In this document: in pieces, positions 29,802 through 39,748 of the stretch
Numbering within the stretch: position 1 is the first letter of the stretch
Layout: the number at the start of each line of letters is the position of its first letter
DNA from: a virus
Taxonomy: Duplodnaviria; Caudoviricetes
DNA length: 64,000 nt
Direction: 5' to 3' (one strand)
IMG/VR virus record: IMGVR_UViG_2885633469_000002
Coordinates: 1 to 64,000 of that record
Notes under the pieces: generated by a model
The model's database searches: none
The model's input: only the letters and a program-made list of their open reading frames with translations
What the model was told of the DNA's origin: nothing
Position numbers and translations under genes: made by a program

Positions 29802-30259
29802 CTTATTATATCTCTAATTTCATCATCATTAAATTTTTTAAACAGCTTATATAAAAAATCTACTTCCTGCTTTCTTTCTTTATCTCTACACCAATATTCA
29901 GATTCGTTCATATAATCTTCTACATATTCTTTTAATTCATTAATTATAGATTTAATTGCATTCTCAAAATTATCTTCATTCACTACAATATCAAAATCTT
30001 GTAATGATAAAGTTGTACTTCCGTCATTTTCTAAATATTTAATACAATTTAAAGAACAGTTCTTAATACATGAATTAAAATTTTTTATATGCAATTTATT
30101 AGAGAACTTAGGTATATTAATTCTTTTAGATATAGCTGATTCCATATTCTCTCCCCCATTTTGTTTTAATTTATACAATTTTACTTTTATAGGTTTATCT
30201 AAATTAATATTTTTCCATTTCTTTAAGTTCATTTTATCACCCCATATGGCAGAATACAA
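29780..30259 (-). CDS. putative cognate antitoxin (HicB-like)
   Basis: Overlaps the toxin start; E.DGS.TLSL..FDIV.N...E.AI..LKEY.EDY fold; likely start 30231 or 30144. Confidence 0.6.
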   Translation of the reverse strand: MYSAIWGDKMNLKKWKNINLDKPIKVKLYKLKQNGGENMESAISKRINIPKFSNKLHIKNFNSCIKNCSLNCIKYLENDGSTTLSLQDFDIVVNEDNFENAIKSIINELKEYVEDYMNESEYWCRDKERKQEVDFLYKLFKKFNDDEIRDIIRCQNGEN

Positions 30260-30510
30260 TAATTTGTCGAACGATTACTATCAATATCTATAAATAATAT
30301 TAATAATAATAGTTGACCACACTTTATATTTTACCATATTTTGTAATTAGATTAACTATAAATCGTATCAAAAATATAGACAATATAAATGAATAAAACT
30401 ATAGATTATATACCAAAATACACAGTTTTATTGACAATTTTATTTGTTTTTATATGTCCTTAAACTAAACGAATAAAAAATTCTAAAGTTAATTTTGTGA
30501 AATATTTTAC

Positions 30511-30936
30511 TTATATTTTTTTTAACGACATAACGTCAAATCCCTCATCTAATAAGGCATATATATTATATCTTTCACAATCATATTTTATTAGTTTTTT
30601 ATTATCATCAATATCCATCGAAATAATATTATCTTTTATATCGTTTGAATTTAATTCAAAATCCGTTTTCCATATTTCATTTTCATCTTTTGTCATAGGA
30701 AATTCTTTGCTGTTTAAGTATTGAGTTAAGATATTTATTTCATCTACACCGTATTTAAAATACCAGTTTTTTAATTGATTTTTATCTATAGGCTTCCCAA
30801 GAGTAATAAAGTTATTTTTTATTGAGTAATAACTATTATTTTGTTTTATTAAATGTTTAAAATTTTTACACCTTACCCATTGCACTTGTCCATTACCATC
30901 TAATGCATTTCTATCCCATTGTATCCCGTAAATCAT
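30511..30936 (-). CDS. truncated adhesin/fibre protein (22-aa N-term + conserved C-terminal module)
   Basis: KHLIKQNNSYYSIK module shared with neighbours; variable domain absent. Confidence 0.6.
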   Translation of the reverse strand: MIYGIQWDRNALDGNGQVQWVRCKNFKHLIKQNNSYYSIKNNFITLGKPIDKNQLKNWYFKYGVDEINILTQYLNSKEFPMTKDENEIWKTDFELNSNDIKDNIISMDIDDNKKLIKYDCERYNIYALLDEGFDVMSLKKI

Positions 30937-31046
30937 AAAACCATCTCCATTTATTTATATAAATTATTATTTTTATTATTTTAAATTTTTTCACCTTATT
31001 TAATTTTTGTTATTGAATTCTTATATAAACAAAATAATCACAAAAA

Positions 31047-32120
31047 CTAAAAAGAAACCGAAGCAGTAGTATCATTCATACTACTAGCCCCACCATTAAT
31101 ATCAAACTGGAAAACGCCCGAATTATCTTTATGGCACCAACACCCACCGCCTATAGCAAAGCCACTACAAGTGAAAACTCCGTAATCATATAAATTACCT
31201 GGATCAGATTTGTTGTTTTTAGACGGAATAAACCCACAATTTTTATTAATTTGTATGTTTCTAATATAACCGACAAAGGTACCAATTACCCCAAAATTTT
31301 TATATCCACTTCCTGTGTTATTAAATCCTTTATTGCTTATTAATATATTATTATAACCCCTAAAAAAACCATCCATCCAATACGCACAATTACCCCAAAA
31401 ATCTTCTATTCCTCTATAAGACATTTGCTTTTTACCTGTAGTTTCTCCATAACTATGATTACCATATTGTAAAGTTCCGCCAGTATTTATTTTTCCAGTT
31501 TCTAAATTTCCATCAACATATCCTCTACCTAATGCGGTCTGACTATCATAATCTCCATATTCTATAGAGTACAATAGCTGGATTGCAAAATATAAATTAT
31601 AATCTAATATACTCCAACCATTACCATTAGCTTTGGCATAATCTCTTGATTGACTTATAGTTATTTCCACCTTTGGATTTTTATTAGGTAAACTTCTTAA
31701 ATTGCCATTTATAAAACTACCTAAAAAAGCAGGAGCGTATCTATATTCTACTTTCTTTACTTCACCTGTGGGGTCATCACATAATTTATCTCTGCACCTC
31801 ATAAATGCAGGGTGTAATTCAAACCCATCATCAGGGATACTGCTGATATACCAAGCATGACCATTTTCAAAATCTGTGTCATTTTCATTAAATCCTACTT
31901 TTTTAAAATAAAACTTAGGTATTTCTACCATACAATTCAATCCACTTTTTTCATAATCAAGCCAATCAACCTTTGTCCCGTCTTCCCATAAATTTGTATT
32001 ATCCTTATTATGATACTTGAAAACTGTCCCTGATTTTGTTAACGCACATCTTCTCATCCCTTTCCAAGGATAGCATTCATCGGGATTAAACGGTCTTTTA
32101 TCTAATAATTTTATGCTCAT
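31047..32120 (-). CDS. tail fibre/adhesin with C-type-lectin (FGE-like) fold
   Basis: MVEIPKFY, LHPAF, YRGIEDFWGN...W.DG, GG.W...GVF. Confidence 0.7.
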   Translation of the reverse strand: MSIKLLDKRPFNPDECYPWKGMRRCALTKSGTVFKYHNKDNTNLWEDGTKVDWLDYEKSGLNCMVEIPKFYFKKVGFNENDTDFENGHAWYISSIPDDGFELHPAFMRCRDKLCDDPTGEVKKVEYRYAPAFLGSFINGNLRSLPNKNPKVEITISQSRDYAKANGNGWSILDYNLYFAIQLLYSIEYGDYDSQTALGRGYVDGNLETGKINTGGTLQYGNHSYGETTGKKQMSYRGIEDFWGNCAYWMDGFFRGYNNILISNKGFNNTGSGYKNFGVIGTFVGYIRNIQINKNCGFIPSKNNKSDPGNLYDYGVFTCSGFAIGGGCWCHKDNSGVFQFDINGGASSMNDTTASVSF

Positions 32121-32155
32121 TATCACCACACTCCTCTGTGAACTTAAAAACTATT

Positions 32156-33232
32156 TTAATATAAAATAGTTTTCATTAATACTTCAAATCTACCATTGTT
32201 ATTTTCTTTAATTTTATCTATTATTTTATACTTACCACAATCATATTGAATAAACTTTTTATTATATTCTTCTGTAATATTTATGTTGCTTCCTAAATCA
32301 TTTAAATTAACATCCAATGAAGTATAATAACCATCTTTTAATACTACAGGTATTCTTTTGCTATTTAGTTCGTTAGTGAGTATAGATAAGTCATTATAAC
32401 CATAAGTATTAATTAAGTCATTTAATTCTTCATTATTATTTATATTTCCTAAATTTAAATAATTGTTGTTAATTGAATAGTAATTATTCTTCTGTTTTAT
32501 TAGAAATTTGTCTAATACGTTTAGTTCTAAAACTGGTCTCCAACCAAAATTATCATTAGCAGAATCATATCTCTTATCAAAGGTTACGTAACTACAAAAT
32601 TTAGCCGAATAACGTCCTCTAAAAAAACATATTTGATTATCTCCATCACGCTTATCTACATTATACCAAGAACCATTTCCCCACCAATTCCATAGGTGGT
32701 TATGTTCGCTATCAAAAGATTTATATGTGTTATCTATCCTTTTTAAATCATAGTCTTGTGGCTTAGGTAAACCTAATATATTATCTTCATTTGCTATAAA
32801 TCTATCCCACTCATTATTTGTTGGAAATCCTCCAGCGTATGCATCATCATTTCTTCTATCACTTCCACCATTAATTAATCTACACAAGTATTTATTTCCA
32901 TCTATTACAATCTCTTTTCCATTTACATATCCTGCGTTATTTAAATCATTCCATGAAAGCCTATTTAAAATATTTCTATCACAAATATATATAATTTTAT
33001 TTCCATCTTTAATTTTTATCCATTTCAATTTATTTTCTTCTTTTTCAGAAGTATCTCCTATAACCCATTTATTCATATCTTTCATATCTGTAAATATAGG
33101 AGTGTTTCCCGTTCCTTTTTTAGGAAGCTTGTAAGGATGACCTCCAGAACGCCAAGGTTTAGTAGGTAAAGGTAACTCTTCACCATTTTTATAAAAAGTT
33201 CCTAGTTTCACAACTCCTAAAAATTTAACCAT
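32156..33232 (-). CDS. adhesin/fibre protein, CLec-like N-domain + conserved C-terminal module
   Basis: CDRNIL...SW..LN, NEWD, WNWW, GWRPVLE, then KFLIKQKNNYYSI. Confidence 0.7.
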   Translation of the reverse strand: MVKFLGVVKLGTFYKNGEELPLPTKPWRSGGHPYKLPKKGTGNTPIFTDMKDMNKWVIGDTSEKEENKLKWIKIKDGNKIIYICDRNILNRLSWNDLNNAGYVNGKEIVIDGNKYLCRLINGGSDRRNDDAYAGGFPTNNEWDRFIANEDNILGLPKPQDYDLKRIDNTYKSFDSEHNHLWNWWGNGSWYNVDKRDGDNQICFFRGRYSAKFCSYVTFDKRYDSANDNFGWRPVLELNVLDKFLIKQKNNYYSINNNYLNLGNINNNEELNDLINTYGYNDLSILTNELNSKRIPVVLKDGYYTSLDVNLNDLGSNINITEEYNKKFIQYDCGKYKIIDKIKENNNGRFEVLMKTILY

Positions 33233-34741
33233 AACATCACCCTCTATACTTTCTTAAATAATATATTACAAGTAGCACTATTCTTTTTTAACTTATCTAT
33301 TGGTCTAAAACGTTCACAATTATAAATCATTTCGCATTCTTTTTTTTCTAAATTATCTGTATATACAAGTAGCTTAATTCCTTCTAAACTTTGAAATTTA
33401 CTCAATAATAAATCTCTAGTTACTAAATCAATATCTGTAAACCCATTATTTATAAAGTTATTTTCATCTAATATTTGCGATGGAGATTGTAATAAATTAT
33501 TTTCATTTAGTGTATATAAAATATTGGTTTTATCTTGAATTAAATATTTTTCTATTTTTTCAAACCATAACCTAGGATATTCACCATCTTGTAATTTCCA
33601 AACAGAAGTACCATCTTCAAGTTTTTCTTTATCCCAATCAGCGTCTATGAAGGTTTGTTTTATTTTTAATTCTTTTTCTGTTATACCCTTCCCCTTATCT
33701 GAATTTTGATTAGATAAATCCTTATTCCAAAAGCAATTAACTATTGACTTATTTCCATTAATATTACTTGTTAATATTCCTACTGTATTAGTTCCATTAC
33801 AAAAGCAATTTTTTATCACACCTCCTCTACCATCTGCTAAACCAATTAATCCGCCTATTGGTTTAGAAGTGATTAAATCGCAGATGGCAAAACAATTTAT
33901 AATATTACAATCGAAACCTATAGAACCTATTAAAGTAGACACCTGTTTTTCTTGACTAAATTGTATAGTTCCCTTCTTTAAATAGCAATTCTTTATATTA
34001 CAGGAATAACCCACGCCACCACATATTCCTCCTGCGCTTAATTTACTAAATCTGGCATTTATTTTTGATACAGAACAATTTAGTATATTTGTATAACATG
34101 TGGATTCGCCCACAATTGTGCCACTGAGATTGGATGCACAAATATCAACATTTACTATGTTTAAATTTAAAATTGTTGAATTACTAGTCCTTCCAAATAA
34201 GCCTTGAAATGTATTTGGTGGTCTATTTATATATAAATTTTTAATAATTTTGTTATTCCCATTAATATTTCCATTAAAAGGATTTTCATAGCCACCAATA
34301 GGATTCCATCCTTCGCCTTCATTAAAAGGTTTTATATCTAAATCAATATCATCAATTAATTTATAACATTTATCTAATCCATTTCTAATTGCATCTAAAT
34401 CAAAAACATCTTCTATTAAATATGGATTATTTGCACTTCCATCTCCGCCTGCAAAATTTCCGTTTGCCATATTATCTCACCTCACTCATACTCATAAAAT
34501 CATTATTTAAATTAAATTCAAAGTATTTACCTTCTCCCAGTTCTCCTTTTTTAATACCTTTAACACTTCTAGTGTTAATAGTCTCAAATATTGTATTTAT
34601 ATTATTCACGCCATAATTTTTAAAATCATTTTGAGTAAGTATATCTTTATCTCTTAACTCTTTAATAGGAACGTAATTGCCATTTTTATAAAATTCTGAT
34701 TTAATTGAATAGTAATCACTCTTCTGTTTTATTAGAAATTT
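32469..34741. repeat. 41-bp direct repeats (39/41) at adhesin domain junctions
   Basis: TTAATTGAATAGTAAT(TAT/CAC)TCTTCTGTTTTATTAGAAATTT at 32469-32509 and 34701-34741. Confidence 0.85.
33244..34470 (-). CDS. GLUG-like beta-helix adhesin/fibre protein
   Basis: FAGGDGS..NPYLIE, GW.PIG, GLFG, GGICG/GGLIG repeats, YPRL, then KYLIQD module. Confidence 0.75.
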   Translation of the reverse strand: MANGNFAGGDGSANNPYLIEDVFDLDAIRNGLDKCYKLIDDIDLDIKPFNEGEGWNPIGGYENPFNGNINGNNKIIKNLYINRPPNTFQGLFGRTSNSTILNLNIVNVDICASNLSGTIVGESTCYTNILNCSVSKINARFSKLSAGGICGGVGYSCNIKNCYLKKGTIQFSQEKQVSTLIGSIGFDCNIINCFAICDLITSKPIGGLIGLADGRGGVIKNCFCNGTNTVGILTSNINGNKSIVNCFWNKDLSNQNSDKGKGITEKELKIKQTFIDADWDKEKLEDGTSVWKLQDGEYPRLWFEKIEKYLIQDKTNILYTLNENNLLQSPSQILDENNFINNGFTDIDLVTRDLLLSKFQSLEGIKLLVYTDNLEKKECEMIYNCERFRPIDKLKKNSATCNILFKKV

Positions 34742-35206
34742 ATTTAAATCAGGATTATATGGTTTTAATTCTCCATCTTCATTTATATCTATAGCATCAA
34801 TATAAAAACTTTCTGAACCCAATCTACAAAGTTGAATAAAATGTTCTCTGAATGGTAAATTATTTAATTCATAGTTTAAAACTTGGTATATTGTACTATT
34901 GTTATATTGACCAAAATTGCCTATATGTTTGCCATCTAAAATAACTTCTATATTTCCTGCTCCACATAACCTAGATAACACACCAATAATTCTTATTTTA
35001 TCGCCAATAAAATTAAATCTAACAATGCTATTAATATCTTTATCTTCTTCATGATGATAACCACCTTTATACGCAGAGGATTCTTTTGGTTTTTTCATAT
35101 TTATATATTCTATATTACTATTAGTATCATCATATCGCATCCAACCTAATTCTGGTTGTAATAATTGTTCGCCTAATTTTGCCATATTATCTCACCTCAT
35201 TCATAC
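34463..35206. repeat. 29-bp direct repeats (28/29) flanking the 237-aa adhesin gene
   Basis: TTTGCCATATTATCTCACCTCA(C/T)TCATAC at 34463-34491 and 35178-35206. Confidence 0.85.
34472..35185 (-). CDS. clostridial cell-adhesion-type protein (jelly-roll N-domain + C-terminal module)
   Basis: GEQLLQPE.GW.RYDD, FNF.GDKIRII, DAIDI..DGEL, then KFLIKQKSDYYSI. Confidence 0.7.
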   Translation of the reverse strand: MAKLGEQLLQPELGWMRYDDTNSNIEYINMKKPKESSAYKGGYHHEEDKDINSIVRFNFIGDKIRIIGVLSRLCGAGNIEVILDGKHIGNFGQYNNSTIYQVLNYELNNLPFREHFIQLCRLGSESFYIDAIDINEDGELKPYNPDLNKFLIKQKSDYYSIKSEFYKNGNYVPIKELRDKDILTQNDFKNYGVNNINTIFETINTRSVKGIKKGELGEGKYFEFNLNNDFMSMSEVR

Positions 35207-35247
35207 CTTTAAAAATTACCACCTCTTGTTAAGTTAACAAATAGAAT

Positions 35248-35277
35248 TAGTAGTCATAATATTAAATATGACTACTA
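35248..35277 (-). terminator. hairpin (possible terminator) upstream of the adhesin array
   Basis: TAGTAGTCATA / TATGACTACTA 11-bp inverted repeat. Confidence 0.5.
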
Positions 35278-35487
35278 TAATAATTTTTTATATCTTTTAA
35301 AATTTTCACCTTTTCTATTAGACTTTACTATTTCTTTCCTAAGACAAAATTCACACACCCTATCATATACAAAAATCATTTTATCTTTTTTAACCATCAT
35401 TTTGTTGACTGGATTACAACACCACTTGTGATTACAACCCAAATCACCCTCTACTTCTATATTAATTATTTTTATAATTTTATCCAT
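35275..35487 (-). CDS. small Cys-containing tail-module protein
   Basis: CNHKWCC...CEFC; GAGGTG RBS. Confidence 0.6.
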   Translation of the reverse strand: MDKIIKIINIEVEGDLGCNHKWCCNPVNKMMVKKDKMIFVYDRVCEFCLRKEIVKSNRKGENFKRYKKLL

Positions 35488-35501
35488 TTTTTCACCTCTT
35501 A

Positions 35502-37265
35502 TTACATTATAAAAGCATAGATATAGCCAGTTTCTATATTTGAATTTTCACCAATTATAATTAAACCATTCAAATCATCTATGTCCATAGCTTGTACTTT
35601 CATGCATCCATCTAAATCATTTTTAATATTAGTCTTAATATTCCCATACAGTTCACTTAAAGCATTTACGTTTATTTTACATTTTAAATCATTTACAGCA
35701 TTAACGTTTACTAAACCATTGAATCCAACAGGATTAACTCTTATACTTCCTTGAAGGTCATATCTTAATATTGTATTTATCAAACTTTCCATTTCTGATA
35801 TATCTTTATAAGTTGGTCGTATATATCCTTCTAAATCATTTACATACATTACTTTTAATTGTCCATTTAAGTCTTGTTTATATTTAACTTCTAATCTTCC
35901 TAATATATCATTTTTGTCACTAACTTGGATAAAACTCTGTAAATCTTTTCTTTTCATAGGAACAACATTTATATCACCTAATATATTAGATTTATATTTA
36001 ACTTTCAATCTTCCTGACATATCATTTTTGTCACTAACTTGGATTTTAGAATTTATATTTTGTTCCATTAAAGGTCTTATTTTATTTATACTGCCATATA
36101 GTTGTGATTTATATTTTACATCTATCAATCCATCTATATTAGAATTAGGCATAGTTTGTATATAGCCATACAAGTCTTTACAAGCACTAGAGCAAATAGT
36201 TCCATGTAATTTTTCTTTACTAGAGAATATTTCACCTTTAACATCACTTCTCAATCTTTGTGTTTTTATAACTCCATTCATATTTTTGAACTGTGCTACA
36301 TTTACTTTACTTTCTAACATATTCATATTATGAACATGAATGTTACCATCTATCAAACTTTCTCCCGAATGTCTAAATACTGATATGCCACCATATAAAT
36401 CGGCATTTCCTGTTCTTTGCACTTTTACGCTACCACCTATTATTGAGCCTGTAGTTAAAAATAAATCTTTATCAAAATATTCAATTTCTAATTTAGGAGG
36501 ATTTTCACTTTCCATAGTCCCAAAGTTTTTAACTTGTTTAATTGTTTCATCTTTAGATTTTAATATTAATCCCTGATTCTCATATGGATATAATACCCAT
36601 ATATCTTTTACTAATTCAGTGATATCTATAATATGCTCATATTTACCTTCTGGTAAATCAGATATTTTTACAACTCTTTTTCTTGAGGGTTGTCCATACC
36701 AAACTACATTGTATTCCCCCCAAGCCTTACTGGGTACTGATATTTCCAAATCTTTAAAACTATTAATATCGTCTGAATAAAGTTTTAATTTGGTTTTTGT
36801 TATATACATTGTCTGTAAGTCTTTAGGGATTTTAAATTCTAACAAACCTCTATAAACATAATTGTTTTTATCTGTACCAACTTTCATGATACTGCTTTTT
36901 CCATAATTCAAGCTAGGTTTTAACTCTGTAACATATGTATCCTTTATAGTTTTTAACTCCACAGTGTTTCTTTCTGGTAATACCGAACTCAACTCGGCTT
37001 CCATTTTATTTTTAGGTTGTTTATATATTTCTATATTCCCTTTGAAGATATCGCTTTGTTCACTCGTATTAATCACACCATTTATTTCAGTGTCTTCGTG
37101 CCAAGTTACATTAAAATCTGACTCCATTGTACTTGAAAAGGTTTTTTTTGTTTCTATAACCCCCGTAAGGCTATCTTCTTGATTAGTAACCTCTAAATTT
37201 CCATCTATTCCATCATTCCTATACCAAGTCATTTCAAACTCAGCTTCCATCGTACTTATATCCAT
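35502..37265 (-). CDS. DNRLRE-domain tail-associated protein with ~13-aa repeat shaft
   Basis: KDTYV...NYG...YRGLLEF...NQGLILK...PKLEIEY; repeated DLxGxIxV units. Confidence 0.7.
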   Translation of the reverse strand: MDISTMEAEFEMTWYRNDGIDGNLEVTNQEDSLTGVIETKKTFSSTMESDFNVTWHEDTEINGVINTSEQSDIFKGNIEIYKQPKNKMEAELSSVLPERNTVELKTIKDTYVTELKPSLNYGKSSIMKVGTDKNNYVYRGLLEFKIPKDLQTMYITKTKLKLYSDDINSFKDLEISVPSKAWGEYNVVWYGQPSRKRVVKISDLPEGKYEHIIDITELVKDIWVLYPYENQGLILKSKDETIKQVKNFGTMESENPPKLEIEYFDKDLFLTTGSIIGGSVKVQRTGNADLYGGISVFRHSGESLIDGNIHVHNMNMLESKVNVAQFKNMNGVIKTQRLRSDVKGEIFSSKEKLHGTICSSACKDLYGYIQTMPNSNIDGLIDVKYKSQLYGSINKIRPLMEQNINSKIQVSDKNDMSGRLKVKYKSNILGDINVVPMKRKDLQSFIQVSDKNDILGRLEVKYKQDLNGQLKVMYVNDLEGYIRPTYKDISEMESLINTILRYDLQGSIRVNPVGFNGLVNVNAVNDLKCKINVNALSELYGNIKTNIKNDLDGCMKVQAMDIDDLNGLIIIGENSNIETGYIYAFIM

Positions 37266-37278
37266 TAAAGCAACCTCC

Positions 37279-38418
37279 TTATGTTACGGGATGTGCTTCT
37301 GCTTTTATTTCAAATTTAGCTCTTCTATACTCAAATTCTACATCTGGGTATATCCTTAAGAATAATTCTACCTTATCTTTATTCTTTATTATATTATTAT
37401 TTGTTAATTCTTCATCACTTTCTATCAATGTATAACTTTCAAAACCATAAAATACTGTTAGTTTTTCTGGTTTCTTTTCTGGTGTTATGCTTATTTTTAA
37501 ATTTTTTATATCTACTCCTGTATTATTTTCAATCATAACCTTTTTTATATCACTTAAATGTCCAGCAACAATTTGTCCAAAATTTAATCTTTTTAGAATT
37601 TCTCCTATATCTGTTGAATAGTAATCTCCTTTTTCATCAGTGAATAACAACCCTATATGTTCTCCTATAAATTCATATATAAACGTGTTTTTTTCGCCCC
37701 AATTATCGATTGCGTTAATCTCAATTTTATTTCTTTCTCTAATTATTATATCTTTTGATTTCAATTTGATAATATTATTTAAAGGAGGCTCATAACCTGT
37801 GTATTCAGAATCTTTTGGGAATATTTTATTGTTGTTTAAAAATACATTATATTTAACTAAGTCATTTGCTTCATCTCCTATTTGTACAAATAATTTATCT
37901 CCGTTTACTTTTCCAATTATAGTAGGAGCTTGATTATATAATATTACTTCTTTTGAAAAACTTTGTATTTGATGGTTTTCAAAAGATACAGTGATTATAA
38001 TATTATATGAGTTAGTAGAAGTAGTAATTAGATTAATTGGTACTAAGACTTTTTCTGTTAATTTTTGTTCAATACTTATATACTTTGATTGACACTCTTT
38101 TATTGTTTTAATAACCTCTCCTTTTATATTTAATAACTCTACTTTGTATTTTAACTTTGCTTTAGGAATACCTGTAATACTTAAATAGCCATCTTGTTCA
38201 TTTTGAATTTTATCTACTCTTATCCAATCTTTCTTAAATAATGAAGTTTTATAGACTTCATTATTTTGCAAATCCTCATAGAAATCTAATTTATATTTTT
38301 TAGTTGTCAAATCATCTTCTGATTCCACTGGTGGCTCTAGTTCAAATGTAAAATCAAAATCTATTCCTTTATAGACTAGCAAACTTCCCTTTCCTACATT
38401 TATATTTACATTTGCCAA
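37279..38418 (-). CDS. tail/baseplate-associated protein
   Basis: Late-operon position; GLLF.DE.G.YYSTD.GEILK.L.FG motif. Confidence 0.6.
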   Translation of the reverse strand: MANVNINVGKGSLLVYKGIDFDFTFELEPPVESEDDLTTKKYKLDFYEDLQNNEVYKTSLFKKDWIRVDKIQNEQDGYLSITGIPKAKLKYKVELLNIKGEVIKTIKECQSKYISIEQKLTEKVLVPINLITTSTNSYNIIITVSFENHQIQSFSKEVILYNQAPTIIGKVNGDKLFVQIGDEANDLVKYNVFLNNNKIFPKDSEYTGYEPPLNNIIKLKSKDIIIRERNKIEINAIDNWGEKNTFIYEFIGEHIGLLFTDEKGDYYSTDIGEILKRLNFGQIVAGHLSDIKKVMIENNTGVDIKNLKISITPEKKPEKLTVFYGFESYTLIESDEELTNNNIIKNKDKVELFLRIYPDVEFEYRRAKFEIKAEAHPVT

Positions 38419-38432
38419 TTGTCTCCACCTCC

Positions 38433-39044
38433 TTATATTCTAATAAACCATGTTAATTCTCCGCCAATATTTTTCTCTAGTGGTGCATGGATATTGTATG
38501 TTTTTAGATTATTTACTTTTATAACTATTTCGCCATCCAAGTCTACGTTTGAAACTAACCATATTTTAAAATTAGTAGGTTGTCCCATAGGTATATTTAT
38601 AATTGGTTTAAAATAAAAAAAAGTTCCATCTTCAAATGAAACTTTAGCTTTATATCCATAATTATATCCACAAAAATTAGTATTACTCATTCCACCATAT
38701 CTAATTTGAGAATAAGCATTTTTAAAATAAATAATATCATTATAATAAGTATCATTACTCATTAAATTATATTCTTTTTCTTTTGTTTTATAAAATACTT
38801 CTATTTTATTTTTATCAAACGTAAAAACACCTGTTAATGCATTAAAATATGTTCTTAATCCGTTGCCTACCAATCCAAATCTAATTAATTTATTCTTATC
38901 TATTTCTTTTACTGAATTATATATCTTTTTTTCAGGATTAAATTCAAAAAGGAAAGTATTATTTAAATACTCTCCTACAAACATATAGTCCATTTCTCTA
39001 CTAAAGGAATAAGGATGGACTTTTTCATATTTGTTTAACATCAT
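38433..39044 (-). CDS. tail-module hypothetical protein
   Basis: Co-oriented, GAGGTG RBS. Confidence 0.65.
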   Translation of the reverse strand: MMLNKYEKVHPYSFSREMDYMFVGEYLNNTFLFEFNPEKKIYNSVKEIDKNKLIRFGLVGNGLRTYFNALTGVFTFDKNKIEVFYKTKEKEYNLMSNDTYYNDIIYFKNAYSQIRYGGMSNTNFCGYNYGYKAKVSFEDGTFFYFKPIINIPMGQPTNFKIWLVSNVDLDGEIVIKVNNLKTYNIHAPLEKNIGGELTWFIRI

Positions 39045-39076
39045 TATTTACCACCTCATTGCATTGAGTTTTTGCT

Positions 39077-39673
39077 TTATACGTTGTAATATACTCTAAC
39101 TATAAATTTGTTTTTTTCTGCATCAGCAGAAGGCGGAACTTTTACTTGTGCTTTTATTTTTGCAAAATTATTTTTAGAACTTTCTGTTTTGAATTTACCA
39201 TCATTCATTTGCCCACTTATTGTTCCAGTTGACACTCCCGTACCATCTGTACTCCCCATAGCTGTAATCTGAATATCTTTCTGTGTTAATACACCATTTT
39301 TAAAAGTAGAACCTATTGGTATATATATTTCAGAATCTGATGAGTCGCTTGATAAGACATTATTAATCCTTACCCATTGCTCTATAACCAAAGGTGACTT
39401 CATTTCTCCTGCCATATAGTCTTCAAAACTTCCGTCTTTAGTTGTAACTCTACAATTAACCATATCTGGAACATTGTTATATTCAGATGTGCTAGATGGT
39501 TTTTTATTATTCCATATATAAAATGTATGCGTTGTTAAATCTGGGTTATTATCCGCATCTACTACTCCTAAATCCCATAAGTTATTTGGTACAGGTCTTT
39601 GTTTCAACTGCCCATCATTAGCATCTATATAATCTTCCCACCATGTTATTATCGGTTTTAATGCTGTTGACAT
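39077..39673 (-). CDS. tail-module structural protein
   Basis: P.ITWW...WDLGVVDA...FYIWNN...ISG..NDG motifs. Confidence 0.6.
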   Translation of the reverse strand: MSTALKPIITWWEDYIDANDGQLKQRPVPNNLWDLGVVDADNNPDLTTHTFYIWNNKKPSSTSEYNNVPDMVNCRVTTKDGSFEDYMAGEMKSPLVIEQWVRINNVLSSDSSDSEIYIPIGSTFKNGVLTQKDIQITAMGSTDGTGVSTGTISGQMNDGKFKTESSKNNFAKIKAQVKVPPSADAEKNKFIVRVYYNV

Positions 39674-39748
39674 AATACTATCACTCCTTTTATTATCTTC
39701 ATTATCAAGTATCTTTTCCCTGATAATGTATTTGTTGTTATACTTTAA

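Noticed and set aside
31047-33232. Diversity-generating retroelement targeting the CLec-like fibre ends (GWRPVLE; GG.W...GVF)
   Set aside because: No reverse transcriptase, Avd or adenine-variant template repeat was found in this window; one acting in trans from elsewhere cannot be excluded.
30511-35206. Invertible shufflon
   Set aside because: All genes are co-oriented, have their own starts, and the repeats are direct rather than inverted.
35900-36050. DNA repeat CATTTTTGTCACTAACTTGGAT
   Set aside because: Explained by the protein repeat (IQVSDKND) in the DNRLRE protein shaft.
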